From Eledone cirrhosa (lineage: Eukaryota): a stretch of 64,000 nucleotides of DNA. The DNA lies in assembly GCA_964016885.1 (NCBI GenBank), contig OZ024741.1, positions 380,432,001-380,496,000 on the forward strand, written 5' to 3'. Each line of letters starts with the position of its first letter. Position 1 is the stretch's first letter. Both the position numbers and the translations under genes were made by a program. Shown one piece after another: positions 26,226 through 38,335 of this stretch. The notes beneath the pieces were generated by a model. That model was not told where the DNA came from. It ran no database searches and saw nothing but the letters and a program-made list of their open reading frames with translations.

Positions 26226-26267
<42 letters not shown>

Positions 26268-27173
26268 TTATATATGTATATATATATGTGTATATATATA
26301 TATATATGTGTATATATATATATATGTGTATATATATATGTGTGTGTATATATATATGTGTATATATATGTGTATATATGTGTGTGTGCATGTGCATGTG
26401 TGTGTGTACAAATGAAAACAAAAGGCAAAGATTAGTGCTTAATCAGTTTATTGGTTTATGATTATTTCCGGAGATTGATTGATCATGATAAGTCGATTTA
26501 GTGACTAATCAATTATGTTACCACATATTATTAATCTTATTGCTCTAGATCCATCTCACCATTTTTCTCAGAAACATATTGTCCCGATTAGATAAAATGG
26601 AAACTACTAGAGAGCCCAGACTAAACATCAACAGAATAAAGAGCTGAGCATTCTGCCTCAGTGAAAAAAATCGGGTTTTTACAGGGTTTAAGTACATAAA
26701 AAAATACTTGATCCCTACAAATGAGATGCTTAAGGGTTACTTACACCGTAAGTGACACTAGTGCTATCCTATCATAATTCAAACATTTTAATACAATTTT
26801 TAGCATGACACACTTTTCTACATATCAATCTGTAACTGTCTTCCACAAGCTATACCACACTATCAATTGATTTGAATTATTACAAAAACAAACCAACACA
26901 AACACACAGAAAATGGAACAACAGATTTTCTGGGCTTTAACCCATTTCCACAAAAAATTAGATCTTGTTCAGACATTTGATCTATGCCTGATGAATTACA
27001 TCTAAATCAAGCATTCTGCATGACCATATACAGTCTGCAGTTACCACCATGCCTCAGCCTTGAAACCTCAGGTAGCGCAATATGTTACATGTATGAATCA
27101 TAATATTTAGCTCCTCTTTTTCACTAGATACAGTGCTTTTTTCGTTTTCTTTCCCAAAGACATTTTTACTGCA

Positions 27174-27245
<72 letters not shown>

Positions 27246-27354
27246 CTAATATTTCTGCTCTGCGTATACGCATAGAGCTTAACTAGCTACCGTCACATAT
27301 TTGGTAGGTCAGACGAGATCATCGCGATTCACATACGACCTACCATACATCTTG

Positions 27355-27404
<50 letters not shown>

Positions 27405-27970
27405 AAGTTTTATTTAAATTGTTGGGTTAACAACGAGTAAATATTTATAACTGATATAAAAGCACTCAACAAGTATTTGGAGTATATTTACGATATTAAA
27501 TAAATGGAAACTATATTTATAAAACCATATTTATTTCATTATATATATTTCAGGGATATCATATTAAAAATATGTTATGCCTTCTTCAGACAAAATACAA
27601 TATAAACAGTCTTATAAATAGATAGATTCGACATACCTTTCAACTTCGACTTCTATTTGAAAAGTTGATTTGGTAGTGAAAAAATATTAGGGACAGTTAT
27701 AAAAAGAAAGAAAGAAAAACGAAGAAAAAGAAGAAATGCATGCAACTAAATAGAGAGAGATAGATATAGAGAGATAGATAGAGAGAAGAAATTCATGTAA
27801 AGAAACAGAGAGAGATATATAGAGAGAGGAAAAAAACACAGAGATAGAGAGAGAGAGAGAGAGAGAAGAGAGGAGAGAGAGAGAAAATATAGAGAGATAG
27901 ATATAGATAGAGATAGAGAGAAAGAAAATAGGTAGTTGGGCACCAGTTGAATGACGTATCAATGATATAT

Positions 27971-28001
<31 letters not shown>

Positions 28002-29035
28002 GCTCTAGTATTAATGTAGAGAGAGATATATGTGGTTAAGAGAGAAAACAGCCGTTACATAGAGAGAAAAGAAAAATATCCAGACATAAACGAGGCAGAT
28101 TTAAAACACTATGTTTCATCAATGTAAAAAATATCAATTCGTATAAAACAGGCATTATAATGTAAATATCAGTATTCATGAATGAGACACGTATCAATAA
28201 TTGTTTCTACTATTGGCACAAGGCCAGAAATTACCCAGTACATTACTGGTACTTTATTTTATCGACCCCGTAAGGATGAAAGGCAAAGTTAATGTGTGAA
28301 AAATAATGATCATATGTCTAGTTTAAAATTCCTAGGTTTATATTAGAGTTGAGATAAAATAGAAGGTTATCCCAGATTTTATACTATATACATCCATGTG
28401 AATTTACGTGATCAGCTCTGCAAATTCCTATTTCACACGAAAACATTCTCATTGTGCTATAAAAATTCTAGTATACATATATGTGTACATACACACAAAT
28501 ATATATAGAGTCTACATTAATTTTAACAATACTATTCATATCTTTACTCTACATGATTATCGTTCAAGCATAAATAGAGAACAGATATCAATATATCAAT
28601 AAAAATATCAGAAACAAAAAATAAATAAAAAACAAAAAATCAAAAAAATATTAAAAATAAAAATATTAAAAATATTAAAATTAAAAGAAAAGATAGTATG
28701 CCCCGCAAATCAACCACAGAGATCAACCCTTCAAAGTTAATTGACAATATATTGCCAAGTTCGTTATAAGCATCAGAATCAAAAGCAAACAAAACCAAAA
28801 ATTATTTACCAAATCCTGTCTAGCAGAAAACATTCCAAAAGTTTAGGATACCCATTTGATCTACAGATGGTCTTATATTTAATATAGAAGTTTATCTAGT
28901 GTAAAATTTATTCGATATATTTGGAGCATCAGCTTTTAGGGTAGTTTAATTATTCATGAAGAATGTTTAAAATAAAAAGGAATCGAAAGATTTATCGGCG
29001 AGTTTCATAAATAATTATAAATCAAATTAAATATA

Positions 29036-29970
29036 CTACATTTTAAATTTATATTTATATTTAAAAGTTGAGTTCAATCTATGTCTGCAGCAACTAAATA
29101 AATTTGTCCGTAAATTAAGGGAATTTTTAGATTTTAGTATAAAGAATATCTCCTCCGCGCAGAGGTCACATGTCTCAGAGGATGAATTAAAAGGAATCCC
29201 TCTTGAGACTATATTCCAAGCCGTTGAATATCCAACGTTATCATGCCTAAGTTGCCAGAGTAAGCCTGATAGTGATGTTGAGGATTTTTTGCTTGGATCT
29301 GTGAAAGAATTCTTGTGGTTATTATAGCGAAGTTTAAATTCTGTCGAGGTGGAACCAACATAGTTAAAAGAATTTAAGTCCGTTTTAACATTACAGTTGT
29401 ATATTATATTTTTAACTAAGCAATTGTTATTTAACGGACATTTAGCTCTATCTCTACAGTTACATTTGTTAGCTTGGATATTATTTATGCTATTATCGGT
29501 ATTTTGGCTAGGTTTTAAATTCCTATTATTTATTCTATTAATATTTTGTGCTAAATTTTTGGTGGATGAGTAGGTTAATTTTATAGTATGTCTATTGAAA
29601 ATTGAGTGATACCTATGTGTTCTACCTATGTACATAAAGGCGGTGGATGGGCAGTATCGGTAGAGGGTCGGACGCCATGCTTTCCAGCATAGTTACGTCC
29701 CTTTACGATCTGAGTTCAAATCCCGCCGAGGTTGACTTTGCCTTTCATCCTTATGGGGTCGATAAAATAAAGTACCAGTAATGCACTGGGTAAATGCTGG
29801 CCCTGTGCCTAAAGTAGAAACAATTATCTATGTACATAATTTTATCACTATATCTTGCTCTAGCTAACGCTTCATTGTAATACTGGGCTTTTTCGTCGAA
29901 AATCTTTTTATTAGATGAGATTCTAGCGATACGATTTTGAACAGAGTCTACTATAGTATTTTTAACAGTA
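29036..29970 (-). pseudogene. PLE RT thumb, linker and GIY-YIG remnant interrupted by a SINE
   Basis: RIARISSNKKIFDEKAQYYNEAL.. | IFNRHTIKLTYS..CNCRDRAKCPL..IIYNC..YVGST..RYNNH..CDLCAEE..LNLRTNLFSCCRHR. Confidence 0.9.
29638..29827 (+). mobile_element. Full-length SINE with 12 bp TSD
   Basis: TSD CTATGTACATAA at 29626-29637 and 29828-29839. Confidence 0.93.
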
Positions 29971-30969
29971 TTTTTATTTTAATATTTTTAATATTTTTAA
30001 TATTTTTATTTTTAATATTTTTTGATTTTTTTTGTTTTTTATTTATTTTTTGTTTCTGATATTTTTATTGATATATTGATATCTGTTCTCTATTTATGCT
30101 TGAACGATAATCATGTAGAGTAAAGACATGAATAGTATTGTTAAAATTAATGTAGACTCTATATATATTTGTGTGTATGTACACATATATGTATACTAGA
30201 ATTTTTATAGCACAATGAGAATGTCTTCGTGTGAAATAGGAATTTGCAGAGCTGATCACGTAAATTCACAAGGATGTATATAGTATAAAATCTGGGATAA
30301 CCTTCTATTTTATCTCAACTCTAATATAAACCTAGGAATTTTAAACTAGACATATGATCATTATTTTTCACACATTATTGATACGTGTCTCATTCATGAA
30401 TACTGATATTTACATTATAATGCCTGTTTTATACGAATTGATATGTTTTACATTGATGAAACATAGTGTTTTAAATCTGCCTCGTTTATGTCTGGATATT
30501 TTTCTTTTCTCTCTATGTAACGGCTGTTTTCTCTCTTAACCACATATATCTCTCTCTACATTAATACTAGAGCTAAATAAATAAATAAATAAATAAATAT
30601 ATCATTGATACGTCATTCAACTGGTGCCCAACTACCTATTTTCTTTCTCTCTATCTCTATCTATATCTATCTCTCTATATTTTCTCTCTCTCTCCTCTCT
30701 TCTCTCTCTCTCTCTCTCTCTATCTCTGTGTTTTTTTCCTCTCTCTATATATCTCTCTCTGTTTCTTTACATGAATTTCTTCTCTCTATCTATCTCTCTA
30801 TATCTATCTCTCTCTATTTAGTTGCATGCATTTCTTCTTTTTCTTCGTTTTTCTTTCTTTCTTTTTATAACTGTCCCTAATATTTTTTCACTACCAAATC
30901 AACTTTTCAAATAGAAGTCGAAGTTGAAAGGTATGTCGAATCTATCTATTTATAAGACTGTTTATATTG

Positions 30970-31035
30970 TATTTTGTCTGAAGAAGGCATAACATATTTT
31001 TAATATGATATCCCTGAAATATATATAATGAAATA
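30970..31035 (+). ncRNA. Type I HHR, CUGAAGA core
   Basis: Stem I TATTTTGT/ATGAAATA, stem II AGG..CATATT/AATATG..CCT, GAAA, palindromic ATATATAT stem III, AUA site; mirror copy at 27532-27597 (-). Confidence 0.72.
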
Positions 31036-31075
31036 AATATGGTTTTATAAATATAGTTTCCATTTATTTAATATC

Positions 31076-31121
<46 letters not shown>

Positions 31122-31297
31122 GAATATGGCAAAGACAGCCATTAATCGGTCATATACAGGAAACTTACTGGCCAATCTGCTGATATGCAAATCTGGCTGA
31201 TCAGCCAGTCTGCTAATATGCAAATCAGGCCAATCATTCACTGTATATTTTAGAAAATATCATATTTTCACTAACTCTAAGAGTTGGCAGGCGAAGA

Positions 31298-31356
31298 GTG
31301 AACAGCACTGATGAAGGGAAATACCCAGAAACATTAGTATCTGCAGTTCTGTTTAC
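31298..31356 (+). ncRNA. Decayed minimal HHR candidate
   Basis: CTGATGA-A-GGG AAATA CCC-A-GAAAC ATTA GTA; distal stem GTGAACAG/CTGTTTAC; proximal stem I imperfect. Confidence 0.5.
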
Positions 31357-31445
31357 ATGCCAACACAGGGGCAAGAATGGGGGGCTTATTCTACTGACAT
31401 GGCTTTAAAAAAGTGGCTTATTAATATTCGAAAAACCCAGATTAC

Positions 31446-31504
<59 letters not shown>

Positions 31505-33602
31505 TATTTACGTATGTGTGTGTACTCATCTATTTTCTCCTTCTTTCTCACTCCCTCTCTCTGATTTTATATTAGGGAATATAGATTGATTTAAGACCAG
31601 AGGCACAGAACCTCATGCAATTTTCCGATCTTGCTTCCTATATAACAGCTCAACAGTAAGAATGCCACGTGGGTAGATAATTCACTTTGTAGTGATTCGT
31701 TCAATATACACTGGCACCTATATAGAACAAACAGGCAGATAACAGACAAAGAAATTTAAGAATTCCAACAGTTTAACTAAGAAAGATTTGAGATACTTGC
31801 ATTTCTACGACTTGGCCCAAAACATTTTAGTTTTGACCTCTGAAAAAATCTGCCAACCAGTAGTATCGAAACCTGATTATTGGCAAATTAGGAATATGAG
31901 ATATTTAACAACAAGTAGCCTTACCGATAGCAAAAGTTATTCTGTTCACACATAGGCAAGTTTTGCAACTGCTATCAACCATTATCTAATAAGAAAAGAT
32001 ACTAAAAATAGCAGTAGTTTGCTCAGCCTATCAAAATCAATTCAATTATATATGAAATGAAGCGGAGTTAGAAAGTTTTCTAGTGATGAAATAACACAGC
32101 AAAATAAGTGGTTTTGTTTAAATATAAAATTTACTTCACTTCAGTGAATAAAGGAACAAAGAATTGGATTAGTACAAATCATAAAAGTTGAAGATGTTTT
32201 TGTTGTTATTTTGTTATGCTGAAATAAAGAGTGGCAAGAAATAGTTTGTTAGTCGTTGCAGCAAGTTAGCAGTCCTCACCCAGTGACAAGAATAGGTGAC
32301 ATTTTCTTTTGGTGATAGAAAATTCTCTCTGTCCCCTGATTTCAGGACAGCCTCCCACTATCTCCTCCTCCCTTGGCGTCGTTAAACGTAGCATCCGGAT
32401 TCTTCATTTGTTTTTCTCTAAGTGTGGTCAAATGTCGATTTTTATTGGCCAAGTCAGTGAGAGTAACCACAGGAACCTTTCTATCGCTACATATATATAT
32501 AATGCTTTTCATAACACCACCCACATTACAATGTGGACTGTGTGCTTTTTGTTGTATCAATTGTATGTGTATATATATATATATTTCAAATGTGTAAATA
32601 TATGTATATATAGAGAGCAAGAGAGTAAAAACATTGTACTGATACCACAAAAAACACACAGTCCTCACTGTATTTGGTTGATGTTAAGAAGGGCATCCAC
32701 CAATAAACGTCAAGTGAAAATATAGATCTGGAGCAAAAAAACGGATGTGGTCTCTTGACTTAACTTGCCTCATATTGTGACAATCCCTTTAACCCATACA
32801 ATCATGGAAAATAAACATCAAATGATTATGATGGTAATGATGATTGTTATTTATAAAGACTGTTTACTTGGAAGTTTTAACAAAGCTACTGAGGATAATA
32901 CATGTCTTTCTTTTAAGATATTCCAACACCTGACGTGCTGCAAGCATCTCATTTGATAGCGTTTAAGAATTCCATGAACATACCTATATTTGTTGTCTAT
33001 CCTTAGACATGCGTGAGCCAACAAATTTTTCACTAGCAATGTTTGAATTATTTGATGGAAGTTACAACAAAAATATTGATTGATAAATTATTGATTTGTT
33101 TTTCTGACTTAGAAAATAATTTTCAGTATAAATTGATTATATACTGAATCATATTGTTATTGACTACAAGCACGAGTTTGGAGAATTTAGTTCAGTAAGA
33201 ATTTGGCTTGAATTAAAGAAATTAGCTAATGGGAAATAAGTTTTAAATCATGACATTATTGTAAAAATCATAGAGGATGATCTGCTTTGCTTCATCAAAC
33301 AAACAAAATATACTTGCTGAAGACTCAATCAAATTGAATTGAGATGAAAGTAATGCAATGAAATAGCTTAATGAAAAGGAAGAAAACTGTATAATATATA
33401 ATTTTAATGCCAGATAGGAACATGCATAATATATAAAAATTATAAATAAGACAAAAATACTAACAAAAATCGTTAGATAAAAGTAGTTCCGTAAATAAAT
33501 ATCAACATTAAAGATTTGGTGCATAGAAGAATCACAAACAAATAAATGAACAAGTGAAAGTGGCAATTACACAGCAATTTGGAATAATAAAAATAAAAGT
33601 AA

Positions 33603-34030
33603 TAATTGTTTCTTCTTTTGGCACAAGGCCAGCAATTACGCAGTGCATTACTGGTACTTTATTTTATCAACCCTGTAATGATGAAAGGCAAAGTTAACCT
33701 CGACGGGATTTGAACTCAGAAGGGCCGTAACTCTATGCATCAAAGCATGGCATCGGACTCTCTACCAATACTGCCAATTCACCGCCTTTATAAAAGTAAT
33801 AATAATAATAATAATAATTGTTTCTACTTTAGGCACGAGGCCAGCAATTGTGGCAAAGAGGAAAGTCGATTAAATCGACCCCAGCGTATTTGGGGTACTT
33901 CATTTTATCGACCCGTAAGGATGAAAGGCAAAGCTAACCTTATAAGGTTTGGAATTCAGAAGGTAAAGGACCATAACTCTATGCTACAAAGCATGTTGTC
34001 TGATGCTTTACTGATACTACCAATCCACAG
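33603..34030 (-). mobile_element. Two tandem SINE copies
   Basis: Both match the SINE consensus; the first has TSD ATAAAAGTAATAAT. Confidence 0.85.
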
Positions 34031-34972
34031 CCCTAGGGCCTACATATAGGGGACAATACAAAAAGCCGGGGACAGTGGGGATTTACAATGAAATCAAGTA
34101 AAAAAACAAATTAACAAAAACAATTAACAATAAAATTAAAACAACAAAAATTCCCCAATAGGGGAAGAACCCAGGGGCGACTCAGGTACGCCCCCCCCCC
34201 CACATTCTGAACCTCCCAATGTTTCAAGAGTACCCAGGGAGGGCACCTCACTCCTCAAATAAACCAGCCTACAGGCACATACTCAGAATATGCCCATTTA
34301 CATGGGCCATTTTTGCCACATTCATCCACATTTTAGCAAATGTACTGGGGGGGGGGGGGGGCAGTACTTATCTCTCCAACCTTACCTTCCTTTCCAAATG
34401 ACACTTAAAAAAAGTTGATGAGGGATTGGTTGAAGACAGAAGTGTCTGATTTCATTCATTTCAACCTGGTCCACCACACAACTTCTTTCGCTACCGCCAC
34501 CAGACAGAGGGAACTGCCTACCCTTCCCAGCCAAAAGAAGGTGGCAGGGTGATCTTCACTATGGGCTCAGTTGATAGCCAGATTTATTCTACATGTGACA
34601 ACAGCTCTTCAACATAACTCAGCAAGTCAGTAATGCATTGTTACTGGATGAGTGCATGCAGAATGGTTTCATCGCTCTGCATGCACCTTGGGCAGACCCA
34701 TCTGACAGCACTTCCATGCCTGTAGAGTTATCTTAAACTGGCAGCGCCCCCTGGTAGCAGAAGCAAGAGATTTCTGGAAGTTATCCATAGTCCCTGGCTT
34801 GAAAGTCTTCTAGAATAGACTGGTCTGTTCAACTTCATCAATGCCTGGAGCCTCTCTGAGTGCATTGTTGCACTTGCCTACAACTAAGCCCTTATAGAAC
34901 ATGTGAGTGGAAGTTCCACTGACCACATTGCCTGCCTGGTAAAGGGCAGTGAATGCCTATCAACATTCCAAC
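34031..34972 (-). mobile_element. L1/Tx1-type LINE 3' fragment
   Basis: Minus translation GALPV..YRHG..CPRCMQSDETILHALIQ (CCHC-type knuckle) and AVAKEVVWWTR. Confidence 0.7.
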
Positions 34973-34977
34973 AGCAA

Positions 34978-35182
34978 CAATAATAATAAGGCCAGCAATT
35001 TTCTGTGAGGGGAAAATCGATTAAATCGACGCCAGATGGTAACTGATACTTTATTTTATCAACCCCATAAGGATGAAAATTCAAAACTAACCTCTGCAGG
35101 ATTTGAACTCAGAGCATAAAGGCATAACTCTATGCTGCAAAGCATAGTGTCCGACATTCTACTGATACAGCCAATCCACTGT
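34978..35182 (-). mobile_element. SINE copy
   Basis: Matches the SINE consensus. Confidence 0.8.
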
Positions 35183-35741
35183 TCTAACAAAAACAATAAT
35201 AATAATAGGTATATTTAAAATTTCTTTACTTGAAACTGTCAATGATGAAAACACATTTTTAGAATCTGTTTCTTCATTTATTCTTTTTGCTTTATTTTTT
35301 TCATATACATTTTGTAAAAGTGACAGAATTATTTGTCAATTGAATAGAATATATATAGAATTGGTAAGAATTTTTCTTACCTTTAACAGAGATGGAATTT
35401 ATTGTTTTTTATAAAATCTTAAAATGAATGACATGGATCTAGAAGTGTGAAAAGGAAGTGATCAACAACAATTCAGATATATTTAAAAAAAATAAAACTA
35501 TTAAATCACAAGCCATAACTTATAAAATATATTTTAAGCTAATGCACATTGTAATAACTTCTTTTCTTTGATAGTACATATTTATTCAGATGTTGTGCCC
35601 ATGTACATACATATATGCACATACACATAGATTCAAGCACACGTGTACATCAAATTTAAATAAATTAAACATTATATACAGACCTACACACATACATATG
35701 TATATATATATACATAAATATACATGTGTATATATATATAC

Positions 35742-35793
<52 letters not shown>

Positions 35794-35862
35794 TATGAAG
35801 AGAGAAGAAACATTTAGATATAATTAGTAATAAAATGTATCATACCTAAACTGTTCCTAAAT

Positions 35863-35950
35863 TCCTCGACTACGTAGTTTCGTGGCATAAACAAAAACAA
35901 TATATCAAAGATATAGAGTCCTTGCGAGGTCTGCCGACTTATCAAGAGGA
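35863..35950 (-). ncRNA. HHR, UUGAUAA (U3-A8) core
   Basis: Reverse complement of 36774-36861. Confidence 0.8.
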
Positions 35951-36773
35951 TACCTCATTTTACTAGTCTCAAGAACGCGTCTACACGACGTGAGAAAGGA
36001 TCCCAAAAGGCGGAGGGGGAGATAGTCACGCGATATAACGGTCGAGAAACAGAGCTAAGCCTCTTATAACCACGAAGAAAATACCACGGAGGCGGAGGGG
36101 GTATTCATATCGAGGCCGCAGAAGAGGTAGTGAAGAAGGCGAGAAGTATGAGTAATGGAAGCTTTCCAGTTGTCCCCACACTTCAAAGTGATAAGTCGGC
36201 AGACCTCGCAAGGACTCTGTATCTTTGATATATTGTTTTTGTTTATGCCACGAAACTACGTAGTCGAGGAATTTAGGAACAGTTTAGGTATGATACATTT
36301 TATTACTAATTATATCTAAATGTTTCTTCTCTCTTCATAATGTATTTTTAACTCTGATACTGGTTCAGTCTGGTTCAAACTGAATTGGTCTGTCCCAGTC
36401 ATTCATTGAGCAACATCGGTGAAGTAGGCACCCTTAACTCACAGTTGGGTGCGGATGCATTCATGTATATATGTGTGTGTCCGCATGTATCTGTGTGTTT
36501 CTAAATATATTAATAACTCCCTCTGGTCGAGCAATCTTTGAAGTGTGGGGACAACTGGAAAGCTTCCATTACTCATACTTCTCGCCTTCTTCACTACCTC
36601 TTCTGCGGCCTCGATATGAATACCCCCTCCGCCTCCGTGGTATTTTCTTCGTGGTTATAAGAGGCTTAGCTCTGTTTCTCGACCGTTATATCGCGTGACT
36701 ATCTCCCCCTCCGCCTTTTGGGATCCTTTCTCACGTCGTGTAGACGCGTTCTTGAGACTAGTAAAATGAGGTA

Positions 36774-36861
36774 TCCTCTTGATAAGTCGGCAGACCTCGC
36801 AAGGACTCTATATCTTTGATATATTGTTTTTGTTTATGCCACGAAACTACGTAGTCGAGGA
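36774..36861 (+). ncRNA. HHR, UUGAUAA (U3-A8) core, long stem II
   Basis: TCCTC-TTGATAA-GTCGGCA...TGCCAC-GAAAC TACGTA GTC-GAGGA; palindromic ACTACGTAGT stem III, GUC site. Confidence 0.82.
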
Positions 36862-37092
36862 ATTTAGGAACAGTTTAGGTATGATACATTTTATTACTAA
36901 TTATATCTAAATGTTTCTTCTCTCTTCATAATGTATTTTTAACTCTGATACTGGTTCAGTCTGGTTCAAACTGAATTGGTCTGTCCCAGTCATTCATTGA
37001 GCAACATCGGTGAAGTAGGCACCCTTAACTCACAGTTGGGTGCGGATGCATTCATGTATATATGTGTGTGTCCGCATGTATCTGTGTGTTTC

Positions 37093-37164
<72 letters not shown>

Positions 37165-37192
37165 TATATATATATATCTTATATACACACAC

Positions 37193-37228
<36 letters not shown>

Positions 37229-38335
37229 TTATACATATATATGTAGAGATGGTGGGTGGGGTTACATATATATGTACACAGTTATCCATAATACAAGTTT
37301 CTAACAATTGCTCAAAGCCTATATGTAAAATTAACGAAAGAAAAATATCAAATGAAATTGCCTATGAATTATAAAACTATCACATATAATCTTTATTAAC
37401 TGAAATCTTTTCACTTTGAATAAAAACAACATCATATGAAAATATTCTTGTGATTTGAAAAGAGCTGAAGAATAGAGATCTATTATTTTTGTTTTATTTA
37501 TATTATCTATGCATTAAGAAAGGATTATGTTGAAACCTATCATTTGAAAATCTACCTGCCATTCACAGAGGGAATTAAAAACAAAGGCCTACATATTATA
37601 TTTCAATTCTATTTTTAAATTACATATGAACCTCATGAACTGATTCATAAATAAAACGCCATACATGAATGCAAACTTGAATGCAGATTCTATCTATATC
37701 GTTATTTCTGTATAATTTATCTGGGATAATTGAACATAATGGAAATTTGGGGAAATTTGGATATCTGAATATCAAATTGGATTTATACCTTAAAATTCTG
37801 TCATAGGAAAAGGTCATGTTACAGCACTTAATCAATAGTTTGGTTAAATGAAGATGACTTAATAAAATGGCTGAATGGCGGGTCAAAGATGATGATACTA
37901 TTCCCATATTCAGCAACATGTGTGGGATGCTCAAACCACAACAAAAGCAAATTTCCTAGCAATTACTTTTAATAGAAAGAATTTTACAACAATTTATTCT
38001 TATTAATAATGGTTGTCAAAATTTTCTATGTATTGTAATATTCAAATGTAAAGATGTATATCTCATTTATCACAAGTATTATCTACAACTTTGATGCTTG
38101 TTAAGTTTATCACAGTACTAAGAAAATGGTTATTTGAAAAATGTTGTTGTATGACTTGAGGAGAAAATTGAATACAGTTTAATGGTAGACATTGAATGTG
38201 AATGCTTTGATAAATTGACTGTAATTTAAGTATGTGTCCTTCAGAGCTTGAATTAATAGTATATTTCATAGATTTTGATGTTGCTCAGCACAGTTCTTAT
38301 TGAAAAGATCTGTGATCAAAGATGTTCCAATGGTT

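Larger units (their letters stand above)
24277..26230 (-). mobile_element. PLE (Naiad-type), 5'-truncated, with inverted pLTR (arms about 24277-24913 and 25594-26230)
   Basis: Minus-strand spacer: YIWYNP..INKHF..IFNPRTIRLSYS..CNCTKPGTCSL..CL..IVYRC..YYVGCT..CKLC..LLNSKIE..CNHR; arms are reverse complements. Confidence 0.92.
27489..31078 (-). mobile_element. PLE (Naiad-type), 5'-truncated, with about 1.1 kb inverted pLTR (arms about 27489-28683 and 29975-31078)
   Basis: Mirror ORFs 27687-27962/30605-30880 and 27746-27943/30624-30821 confirm the inversion; GIY-YIG ORF in spacer; (TA)n on both flanks. Confidence 0.92.
35790..37100. mobile_element. Non-coding PLE pLTR array: one inverted unit (35790-36188, -) and two tandem units (36189-36510 and 36511-37100, +)
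   Basis: Near-exact internal duplications; three HHR copies; (TA)n on both flanks. Confidence 0.88.
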
